Origin: Syntrophaceae bacterium
GTDB taxonomy: Bacteria; Desulfobacterota; Syntrophia; Syntrophales; PHBD01
Direction of reading: 5' to 3'
Assembly (NCBI GenBank): GCA_013177825.1
Contig: JABLXX010000004.1
Coordinates: 22,349 to 86,348 of the forward strand
Length of the DNA stretch: 64,000 bases
The notes under the pieces are model-generated. The model was not told where the DNA came from, did not search any database, and worked only from the letters and a program-made list of their open reading frames with translations. This document shows positions 38,038 to 45,792 of this stretch, one piece after another. How positions within the stretch are numbered: position 1 is the stretch's first letter; each line of letters opens with the position of its first letter. The translations under genes and the position numbers were made by a program.

Positions 38038-38053
38038 TGGCATGCGGTTTGCT
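38038..38053 (+). promoter_or_regulatory. Sigma54 -24/-12 promoter about 250 nt upstream of flagellin 2
   Basis: TGGCATgcggtTTGCT is a near-perfect consensus in the AT-richer spacer before flagellin 2. Confidence 0.7.
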
Positions 38054-38245
38054 TTATCGTCTGCAAGTGTCTTCCCCGGTCGATTCGGGGGGCATGGATG
38101 GTCTGGAGTTGCCGCAGGCAAACAAAGCAGGCGTGTCAAAAACCCAGGTCAAACATGACGGCGGGAAAGGGAAAGGGGGTGCGAGGAAACCGTTCCTGTC
38201 GGTCAATACGGGCGAATTGAGAAGTTTATGAACTGCAACCATGAA

Positions 38246-38274
38246 TGAAAAAACAACGGCAAGAATGCCGATAT
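38246..38274 (+). promoter_or_regulatory. Sigma28 promoter immediately upstream of flagellin 2
   Basis: TGAAA-N16-GCCGATAT. The -10 matches GCCGATAA at 7 of 8 positions. Lies 28 nt upstream of the ATG. Confidence 0.65.
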
Positions 38275-38301
38275 CTATCCAAGAATAGGAGGAAGAAAGT
38301 C

Positions 38302-39105
38302 ATGTCGAATTCAATTCAGTTAACAACGGGAATGAGAAACACCCTGCTGAGCCTTCAGCAGACCAATGACCTGCTCAACCAGACGTCGGAGCGCCTCGCC
38401 ACGGGCAAGAAGGTGAACAGTGCCCTGGATAACGCCCTCAGCTATTTCACGGCAACGTCCCACACGAGCCGGGCCAGCGACCTGTCCCAGCTCAAGGACG
38501 CCATGGGGGAGGCCATCCAGACCATCAAGGCGGCCGATGCGGGCATCGAGGGGATCATCGATCTCATCGAGACCATGAAAGGCATTGCCAAGGACGCCTA
38601 TTCGGCAACATCGACGGAAGCCACCGACCTGGCGGCCCAGTACAACGCCATGGCGTCGCAGATCAGTGACCTGGCCGAAGATGCGAGCTACGGCGGGATG
38701 AACCTCCTGGGCAGCGATACGCTGACGGTGGTATTCAACGAGGCCGGCGACAACACAATGTCGGTAACGGGGTTTGACGGAAGTGCGACCGGTCTCGGCA
38801 TCGCCACGGGCGCCTTCGGCAGTTCCGGAGCGATCGGGAGTGCCATTGCGGAACTCGACTCGGCCCTTGCCACGCTCCGGACAAAGTCCCAGACCCTATC
38901 GGCGAACCTGAGCATCATCACTGCGCGGCAGGACTTCACCACCAACATGATCAACGCCCTGACCATCGGTGCGGACAATCTGACGGCGGCCGACACAAAC
39001 GAAGAAGGGGCCAACATGCTGATGCTCCAGACCCGTCAGTCTCTTGGCACCACGTCCCTAAGCCTCGCTTCTCAGGCGGCCCAGTCGGTGTTGCAGCTGT
39101 TCTAA
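38302..39105 (+). CDS. fliC: Short flagellin (267 aa), copy 2
   Basis: ATG at 38302 with an AGGAGG ribosome-binding site. By eye roughly 90% or more identical to copy 1 along the full length. Confidence 0.9.
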   Translation: MSNSIQLTTGMRNTLLSLQQTNDLLNQTSERLATGKKVNSALDNALSYFTATSHTSRASDLSQLKDAMGEAIQTIKAADAGIEGIIDLIETMKGIAKDAYSATSTEATDLAAQYNAMASQISDLAEDASYGGMNLLGSDTLTVVFNEAGDNTMSVTGFDGSATGLGIATGAFGSSGAIGSAIAELDSALATLRTKSQTLSANLSIITARQDFTTNMINALTIGADNLTAADTNEEGANMLMLQTRQSLGTTSLSLASQAAQSVLQLF

Positions 39106-39171
39106 CCCAAAGGAAACCGGGGACGGTGGAGGAATCCCTCCGCCGCCCCCCGGTTCATTCAGGGGGGCGTA

Positions 39172-39570
39172 ATGGGCCTGAAAATTGAATTGAAACCCCA
39201 CGAGCGGTTTATCCTCGGGGGTGCTGTCGTCCGGAACGGCAGTTCCCGGGCGGAACTCATCATAGAGAACAACGTGCCTCTCCTGAGGGGAAAGAACATC
39301 CTCTCGGTAGAGGAAGCGGATACCCCCTGCAAGCGGATCTTTTTCTCCGTTCAGCTGATGTACGTAGGGGGGGGGGACATGAAGTCGTATCACCGGACCT
39401 ATTGGGAACTTGTCAACGAAGTGGTGAAAGCGGCTCCCAGCACGGTGGGGTTGATCGACACGATCAGCGAGCATATCCTGGGCGGGCAATATTATCAGGC
39501 CCTGAAAGCGGCCCGGGAACTGATAGAATATGAAGAGAGGTTGGTGAACCATGTACGGGAATCAAGTTAA
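39172..39570 (+). CDS. flbT: Flagellin translational repressor FlbT
   Basis: 132 aa. MGLKIELKPHERFILGGAVVRNGSSRAELIIENNVPLLRGKNIL is the FlbT N-terminal signature. Confidence 0.85.
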   Translation: MGLKIELKPHERFILGGAVVRNGSSRAELIIENNVPLLRGKNILSVEEADTPCKRIFFSVQLMYVGGGDMKSYHRTYWELVNEVVKAAPSTVGLIDTISEHILGGQYYQALKAARELIEYEERLVNHVRESS

Positions 39571-39964
39571 GGCCTATCAGCAGACACAGAAAATGGGCAT
39601 GACGGGCCGCGAGATCGAGGCACATGTCCTGACAAAGGCGGCCCTGAAGTTCCGGGAATGCCAGGACAACTGGGACAATGGCGGCAGCAACGGCATGCTG
39701 GGCGAGGCCGTTCGTTACAACCAGAAGATCTGGAGCGTCTTCCAGGGAGAGATGGTCGATCCGAACAATCCCATGCCCGTGAAACTGCGGGAGGACATCC
39801 TGACCCTGAGCCGTTTCATCGACAAGCGTTGCTTTGATATCATGGCTTTCCCCAAGCCGGAGAAACTCGACATTCTGATCCGGATCAACCTGAACCTGGC
39901 GGCGGGACTTCGTGGTTCCGCCGGCGAGGAAACCGACGAGTCCGGAGAGGAAGGTAACGAGTAA
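39551..39964 (+). CDS. flaF: Flagellin synthesis regulator FlaF
   Basis: 137 aa. AYQQTQKMGMTGREIEAHVLTKAALKF...LGEAVRYNQKIWSVFQ follows the FlaF pattern. Overlaps flbT by 20 nt. Confidence 0.8.
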   Translation: MYGNQVKAYQQTQKMGMTGREIEAHVLTKAALKFRECQDNWDNGGSNGMLGEAVRYNQKIWSVFQGEMVDPNNPMPVKLREDILTLSRFIDKRCFDIMAFPKPEKLDILIRINLNLAAGLRGSAGEETDESGEEGNE

Positions 39965-40030
39965 GCATTGATTCCCCACACCGGGCCGGACAAAAGGGTG
40001 GCCCGGTAGTGAAGACGAGATGAGCAGGGG

Positions 40031-42982
40031 TCAGGGAGTCGCCGCCTGCTTCAGGCGTTGCAATCTTTCAAGGGCCGGAGGGTAACCCGGCTGGATACGG
40101 AGGGCCGCTTCGTAACCTACCTTGGCTGCAGCGCTGCTCCCCAGTCGTAGAAAGCAATCCGCCCACTGGAGAAGAATCCGGTAGTCGTTCGGATGCGTCT
40201 TCACATACCGCTCATAGAACGGGAGCGCCTCGATCGTCCTTCCTGAAGAAGAAAGAGCGAAAGCAATCTGGAGACATGGCCCGTTTGAACCGGGATCCCG
40301 GTCAACGGCATTTCGATAGCTTTCCAGCGCCGCTTCCAGTTTCCCCCGTCGGAGTTGAACGTTCCCCAAGTCTCTGTAAAGCATTGCGTTTTCTGGATGG
40401 CGGTTCGTCATCTGGAGGAGTTCCTTTTCTGCCGCTTCCCAACTCTGCGCTCCCTCATAGGTACGCAGGAGGCCCAGCCCGGCTTCTGAATCCGATGGGT
40501 CCGATTCAACCAGTTCCCGGAACAGGGCGAGTGCCGTAGAAAAGTCTTTTTTCAACAGGTTTTGCCGGGCTGTTTCGAACCGGAGTTTCCGCTCATCCCG
40601 GGCGGTCTTTTCTTCCTGTTCCTTAAGGACCTGCTGTGCCGTCGACAGAACCTTTTGCTCCCTGAGTTCCAGGGCTTGCTCCATTATTTCCCGCACCTCC
40701 CCGGATGGCTCATGTCGCATCATCAGGATCCGGCACTCCAGGAGACACCCGACAAAGTCATTCTTTTCCAGGCATCGGCGGGCGGTCTCGATATGTCGAG
40801 TCTGGTCCTCCTCCCGTTTCTTTTGAAGACGTTCCCGGAACATTTGCTTTGCCTGGTGTCCGTCGGGGAGCCTTTCCAAGCACTCCCCGGCCTTTCCGAA
40901 CTGGTTACGGTCCAGGTGGAGGGCGAACAGCTCCTCCATGGCGACGGTGCGAAAAGCCTCCGAGCGGGCCGCAGCTTCCAATTTGACGGCGGCCTTGACG
41001 AAGTCCCCCATCCGACGCAGGCAGAATCCCTGACGCAGGTGAAGTCCCGCCTCCGCATCGCTTCCTGGCGCAGCGGTCTGGAGCGCAGCGGCGACCGATG
41101 CATATTCTTTCAGAACGGGATGAACGTCGTCGATCTTTTCCATAAGTGGCGGGCAGCTGTCCTTCAGTCCCGAACACAGCTCTTCGCAATACCGGATTGC
41201 CTGAACGGCGATTTCCCGGGCATCGTTCGTATCCAGCGACTGTTCGCCGATCCTGATCAAATCGCGTCTGATCCTGACTGTGGCCAGGCGAATCAGCCGG
41301 CCTTCATCGAGCGTCTGCAGAACGGAAGCAAACGATTTCAGGACTTGCCGGTTAAGACCGTTCAGTTGGTTTATTCGCTGCGGCAGGCACTTTTCTCCTT
41401 TTCCGGGAAGCATGGTCTTCATCCTGCCGGTCATCTGCTCCAGCTTCTCAACATATCGAAGGAGCCGCTCCAGGTGCCGGCGTGATTCTTCCAACTCCAG
41501 ATAAAGCCGGTTCGGGTCCGACCCGAGGGGGATGCGTGCCTTGGCAAGAAATTCCGTAACGGGAAATTCCTGGTGGCAATGCATCTCCAGGACCTCACTC
41601 AGGGGCATTCGCTCCGTCCCTGCGATATGGGCTCCTCCCTCGGTGGCATTGATGAACCGGCGGTCGGGATGATCACGGAGTGTCGTTTCAATCGCTTCCA
41701 GGAAGGCAAACAGGGAGGTATTGCTGAGGACGTGGTTTCCGTAATAGCCGGGGACCCAGCAGGCTGCCTGTTCATGGTCTCCCTGCTCATGTTCCGCGAT
41801 TACGCGGTTGCCGCGGACCGTAACAGGCCTGCTGGCCAACGCCCCGCTGATATGGCTGGATTCCCCAAAGGCCAAGTCCTGGCCGGTGAAGATGATGGGG
41901 TTCGCCCCCACCATCAGGGCCAGATTCAAGGCGACCTGCGCCACCGTAAGGCTATGGCCTAAAAAGGGGGGCAAATCGCTGCCGGGAGTGCAAAGCAGGT
42001 TGTTCCGGTCCATGGTGACAAACAAATCCCCTTGGTATTCCAGAGGGACTTGCGGATGAACTTGAGGACTGGTCAGGAGGGGCATATCCGCGACGGCGAA
42101 GGCATCTTTGATCTCCAAATAGTTGGGTTCCCCGAAGTCAATGGAACAGATTATGTCGGGGCGCACATCATAGGCCAGCAGCACTCGAAGGGCCTGGGCG
42201 ACTGCGATAATAAGCGTCTTCCCCTGTGCCTGTCGGAGAAGATGGATGTTTTTCTGCAGGGAGGGGCCTGTCGCTACGATGATGGCGGGCCGGTTTCGAA
42301 AGGTGCCGCTCAGGAGTCCCTCAGGGCTCCATCCCAGAAGGGTCTTCGGCAGGTTTTCCAACTCGTTCCGGATGATCTTGCCGCCTTCTTGGATAACCGT
42401 GTTGTAGTTGACCTGAATTGCATTTGTCTGGCGAAGACAGGTGTCGTGGAGAATGACAGTCTGGGTGTCCATCCGGCGGGTGAAGTCCTCCAGGAACAGA
42501 TGGATCCGGCCGGTTAAGAGAACGCCGTTCTTTTCATGGATGACGCGACGAAGTGCTTGCTGTTCGGGAACGGCGAAGATCAAGATTCCCTTGCGGATCT
42601 CCGCAGAGTAGTCGTGAAGGGTCAGGGCCAGGCGGAGTATGTCCGGGTCTCTCTCCACGATGAAGACTGCATGACCCGTCTCCATGATGCTCAAGATATG
42701 GAGCGCCCTGTAGCCGAGTCCCAGGCCGAACAGGAAGGTCAGGCTTCCCTTCGGGAAGGACCGGTCAGCCAATTCCTCGCGCATGGCCTCAAAAGGGTTT
42801 TCCCTGTTGTAGAGGATGATGCGCCAGCCTCCGGGACGCTCGATTTCGAGATCAGGCAAACCGGACATGCTGGAGAGCAACTGATATTCACCAGGCTGGG
42901 AAGGGCATTCCTCCCACCAGGTCAGGAAAGCGGGGCAGCGCTCCCGGAGAGCGGCCAGGTTGGCGTCCAGATGGCCGTTCAT
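40031..42982 (-). CDS. Motility-accessory-factor (Maf/DUF115, MptE-like) putative flagellin glycosyltransferase fused to a long C-terminal TPR array
   Basis: 983 aa. DUF115 core PAIIVATGPSLQKNIHLLRQAQGKTLIIAVAQALRVLLAYDVRPDIICSIDF. The last ~350 aa are TPR repeats. Confidence 0.75.
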   Translation of the reverse strand: MNGHLDANLAALRERCPAFLTWWEECPSQPGEYQLLSSMSGLPDLEIERPGGWRIILYNRENPFEAMREELADRSFPKGSLTFLFGLGLGYRALHILSIMETGHAVFIVERDPDILRLALTLHDYSAEIRKGILIFAVPEQQALRRVIHEKNGVLLTGRIHLFLEDFTRRMDTQTVILHDTCLRQTNAIQVNYNTVIQEGGKIIRNELENLPKTLLGWSPEGLLSGTFRNRPAIIVATGPSLQKNIHLLRQAQGKTLIIAVAQALRVLLAYDVRPDIICSIDFGEPNYLEIKDAFAVADMPLLTSPQVHPQVPLEYQGDLFVTMDRNNLLCTPGSDLPPFLGHSLTVAQVALNLALMVGANPIIFTGQDLAFGESSHISGALASRPVTVRGNRVIAEHEQGDHEQAACWVPGYYGNHVLSNTSLFAFLEAIETTLRDHPDRRFINATEGGAHIAGTERMPLSEVLEMHCHQEFPVTEFLAKARIPLGSDPNRLYLELEESRRHLERLLRYVEKLEQMTGRMKTMLPGKGEKCLPQRINQLNGLNRQVLKSFASVLQTLDEGRLIRLATVRIRRDLIRIGEQSLDTNDAREIAVQAIRYCEELCSGLKDSCPPLMEKIDDVHPVLKEYASVAAALQTAAPGSDAEAGLHLRQGFCLRRMGDFVKAAVKLEAAARSEAFRTVAMEELFALHLDRNQFGKAGECLERLPDGHQAKQMFRERLQKKREEDQTRHIETARRCLEKNDFVGCLLECRILMMRHEPSGEVREIMEQALELREQKVLSTAQQVLKEQEEKTARDERKLRFETARQNLLKKDFSTALALFRELVESDPSDSEAGLGLLRTYEGAQSWEAAEKELLQMTNRHPENAMLYRDLGNVQLRRGKLEAALESYRNAVDRDPGSNGPCLQIAFALSSSGRTIEALPFYERYVKTHPNDYRILLQWADCFLRLGSSAAAKVGYEAALRIQPGYPPALERLQRLKQAATP

Positions 42983-43746
42983 TCAGGTTGTGCCTCGGGG
43001 GCGGGGGGTGCCGAGGCCTGAAAACGGATGTATTTCAGGAGTGCCCTTCCTTCCTGAAAATCCGGTTTCGTCTTCAGCCCCTCCAGGATGGTTTGTTCCG
43101 CCTGGTCCCAGTCTTTCTTTTCTATGAAGGCCCGGGCGAGGTTGTAGTAGAGCCCCTCGTCCTTGGGGTGGAAGAACAGAGCCTTCCTGAATTCCGTGAC
43201 GGCGCGGTCGAAAAGGCCGGCTTTCCTGAATTCGATGCCGGCGGTGTTGCAGATCTGCAGAATCAGGGCCAGGGCCACCTCGTCGTTGCCGACGGCTTCC
43301 TTGGCCTGATCTTGGCTTCCTTCTTCGATCATCGCCAAGGCATCCTTCGCCTTCAACTCCGCTGCTTCCGGAGAGGGATTCTCGGCACCATCGACTCCGT
43401 CAGGATTTTGACGCGTCGTCACAGACATCGACAGTTCGTCCACCTGGATCTGGAGCATCTGCCGGAGGAAGTCGAGGGTGGTCTTGATATCGTTGTCCCG
43501 GAAGGAGACGGGGCCGAACTCGTCCAGAAATGCTCTGGATGAGGATATATCCTGTTGAAGACTGTTTACCGTTTCCCGGACCATCTTTTCGTCCGCCGGG
43601 ATCATCGGCGTCCGAAGGATTCGCTCCAGGGTGTCCCTGAAAAGATGCAGGCATCCATGAAGATGCCCTTTTTTCAGGTGGATACGGCTCTCGTCCAGTT
43701 TTCTCAGAATCTGCACTGCGTCTTCTCGCCGCACCGTTTCCGCCAT
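42979..43746 (-). CDS. TPR-containing hypothetical protein, translationally coupled to the Maf gene
   Basis: Start chosen at the ATG at 43746, which has a GGAAAGGA ribosome-binding site. The track ORF extends to 43905 and would overlap the divergent gene. C-terminal TPR (FRKALFFHPKDEGLYYNLARAFIEKKDW). ATGA overlap with Maf. Confidence 0.6.
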   Translation of the reverse strand: MAETVRREDAVQILRKLDESRIHLKKGHLHGCLHLFRDTLERILRTPMIPADEKMVRETVNSLQQDISSSRAFLDEFGPVSFRDNDIKTTLDFLRQMLQIQVDELSMSVTTRQNPDGVDGAENPSPEAAELKAKDALAMIEEGSQDQAKEAVGNDEVALALILQICNTAGIEFRKAGLFDRAVTEFRKALFFHPKDEGLYYNLARAFIEKKDWDQAEQTILEGLKTKPDFQEGRALLKYIRFQASAPPAPEAQPE

Positions 43747-43836
43747 GGCATTCCTTTCCGGATCGTTGGTGACAAACACCACTATTCCTTCACGTTTCAT
43801 GCCAGAAAAAATTTCCGGAAATGTTGCTTCATGGCT

Positions 43837-43863
43837 TAAGTCGCGGCGGCCGGATGCCGATAA
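43837..43863 (+). promoter_or_regulatory. Sigma28 (FliA) promoter for the small-protein/HD-GYP operon
   Basis: TAAGtcgcggcggccggatGCCGATAA. 15-nt spacer and a perfect -10. Lies 45 nt upstream of the ATG at 43908. Confidence 0.8.
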
Positions 43864-43907
43864 TATGAGCAGAAGAAATCTTAACCGAGGCGGTGCAGGA
43901 GGCACCT

Positions 43908-44123
43908 ATGACCATTTCAACCTATCAGATTGACAGCGTCATCAAGGCGTACACGAAGCAGTACCGGGAACGGATTCGCGTCGGCCAAACGGATGAGCCG
44001 GCCCGTGACCACTCTGCCGACGTCGTCGACCTGTCCATGGGGAATGAACGGAAAGAAGGGGCCTTCGAGAAAATCTCCTACTCGCTGATGGACGTCCTGG
44101 TCGGAAAACGGAACCAGCCGTAA
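43908..44123 (+). CDS. Small hypothetical protein (71 aa)
   Basis: GGAGG ribosome-binding site. MTISTYQIDSVIKAYTKQYRERI... Ends 13 nt upstream of the receiver-GAF-HD-GYP gene. No family recognised with confidence. Confidence 0.55.
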   Translation: MTISTYQIDSVIKAYTKQYRERIRVGQTDEPARDHSADVVDLSMGNERKEGAFEKISYSLMDVLVGKRNQP

Positions 44124-44136
44124 GGATGGGACGACC

Positions 44137-45618
44137 ATGAATGCACATGCTGTTCTCGAAGACAGTCTCTTCGACAGACGAATCCTGGTGGTGGACGATT
44201 ACGAACTCACCCGCCGGATGATCGTCGACGCCCTTCTCCAGACCGGTTACACCAGCGTCCAGGAGGCGACGGACGGACTGGAAGCCCTCGACAAGTTCCG
44301 GAACGGGTATCATGACCTGATCATCACGGATGTCATGATGCCACACATGGACGGGATGGAGCTGCTCGACCGTCTCCAGGAACTCCGGGCCAATTCGTCC
44401 ATCATCCTGGTCACGGGACAGCCGGAGGTCGATGCCGGCGTGGCGGCCATGAAGCGGGGGGCCGTCGATTACATCCGGAAACCCTTCAACATCCAGGACC
44501 TCCTCTATAAAGTTGAAGTCTGTCTGCGGGAGCGCCATCTGCTGCCCGAGGAAGACAGGCAATCCGCCCTCGCGAGCAGTCAGCTGACGGAGAAGAAGAA
44601 GGAACTGTCCGTTCACAGCCACATTTACGAATCCGTCGAGAATATCGAGGGCGACAACCAGCAGGTCTTCGAAAAGATGGCGGAGTTGTCCCTGCGGGTC
44701 GTCGACGGGGCAGAGGCGACCATCTGGATCTTCGACGCCGAGTCCGACCAGTTCCATCCCCAGGTGATCCGAACCGCGGAGGGCCATTCCCACGACCCGG
44801 GAGGAGATGAAATCAAGGCCATTCCGTTTCTCTACCAGGTGGTGGACAAGCGGGAGGCCCTGGTGGTTCAATCGCCCGACGGGAACGGCGGGGCCGCTTC
44901 CCTGATCTGCGCTCCCCTGGTCATCCGGGGCGCCGTGTTCGGCGTGCTGGCGTTGCGGAAGAAGAAATACTCGGGCATCTTCAACAACAAGGACCTCCAT
45001 TACATCGTCAGCCTGACCAAGCGGGCGTCGCTGAACCTGGAGAACAAGCTCCTCTACGAGAGCCTCTTTTCCAACGTCCTGGACACGTTCCAGTCGCTGG
45101 TCGCCTGCGTCCAGATGCGGGACAACTACACGCAGGAGCACTGCCGCCGCGTGACGAAGGCGGCTATCCGGACCGCCGAGGTTCTGGGGCTGGGCATCCA
45201 AGACCGGGAATGCCTGAAAGTGGCCGGCATTCTTCACGATGTGGGAAAGATCGCCATCCCGGACAACGTCCTGCTCAAGCCGGGGCGCCTGACGGATGAT
45301 GAGTACACAATCATCAAGCAGCATCCCGCCCTGGGGGAAAACGTCCTGAAGCCCATCGCCCTGTTCGACCGGGAGCGGGAAATCATCCTTCACCATCATG
45401 AGCGCTGGGACGGACTGGGGTATCCATCCGGTCTCGCCGGTAAGGACATCCCACTCCTGTCCCGGATCGTCGCCGTTGTGGACACCTTCGACGCCATGAC
45501 CAACAACAGGCCCTACCGGCAGGCGCTGGACGTCGAAACGGCGTTGAATGAAATCCGGCGCAACCGGGGAACCCAGTTCGATCCGGACGCGGCCGACGCG
45601 TTCCTCAGCCTTTATTGA
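44137..45618 (+). CDS. Response-regulator receiver + GAF + HD-GYP domain protein (putative c-di-GMP phosphodiesterase)
   Basis: Receiver ILVVDDYELTRR...LIITDVMMPHMDGMELL...IRKPF. Central GAF-like region. HD-GYP motifs ILHDVGKIAIPD and HHHERWDGLGYPSGLAG. Confidence 0.9.
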   Translation: MNAHAVLEDSLFDRRILVVDDYELTRRMIVDALLQTGYTSVQEATDGLEALDKFRNGYHDLIITDVMMPHMDGMELLDRLQELRANSSIILVTGQPEVDAGVAAMKRGAVDYIRKPFNIQDLLYKVEVCLRERHLLPEEDRQSALASSQLTEKKKELSVHSHIYESVENIEGDNQQVFEKMAELSLRVVDGAEATIWIFDAESDQFHPQVIRTAEGHSHDPGGDEIKAIPFLYQVVDKREALVVQSPDGNGGAASLICAPLVIRGAVFGVLALRKKKYSGIFNNKDLHYIVSLTKRASLNLENKLLYESLFSNVLDTFQSLVACVQMRDNYTQEHCRRVTKAAIRTAEVLGLGIQDRECLKVAGILHDVGKIAIPDNVLLKPGRLTDDEYTIIKQHPALGENVLKPIALFDREREIILHHHERWDGLGYPSGLAGKDIPLLSRIVAVVDTFDAMTNNRPYRQALDVETALNEIRRNRGTQFDPDAADAFLSLY

Positions 45619-45685
45619 CGGGCACCCTTTCCGATTATCAACCCTTCGATTCCAGAATCGTTTTAAGCTATGAGCATCACTTCGT

Positions 45686-45736
45686 CCGGCCTTCGGAAAG
45701 GCGACGCGTTTCGGCGTCGTCTTTCCGAAAGGCCGG
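45686..45736 (+). other. Long (~23 bp) imperfect hairpin in the HD-GYP/SLT intergenic region
   Basis: CCGGCCTTCGGAAAGGCGACGC-gtttcg-GCGTCGTCTTTCCGAAAGGCCGG, with one bulge and one G-U pair. No U-tail. Confidence 0.6.
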
Positions 45737-45792
45737 GAAGTGCTCGGCATGGAAATTGTATGTTTATCGCTTATATCTACAGGGAGCATTCC

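Larger units (their letters stand above)
36302..39105 (+). repeat. Tandem duplication: two ~0.8-kb flagellin paralogs separated by ~1.2 kb
   Basis: Long runs of identical nucleotides occur between 36302-37108 and 38302-39105, e.g. gggaatgagaaacaccctgctgagccttcagcagaccaa and ctcatcgagaccatgaa. Confidence 0.85.

Noticed and set aside
45745-45760. Sigma54-like CGGCATggaaaTTGTA upstream of the SLT gene.
   Set aside because: The invariant -12 GC is replaced by GT and the -24 T is missing. It is too weak to call without a scoring matrix.
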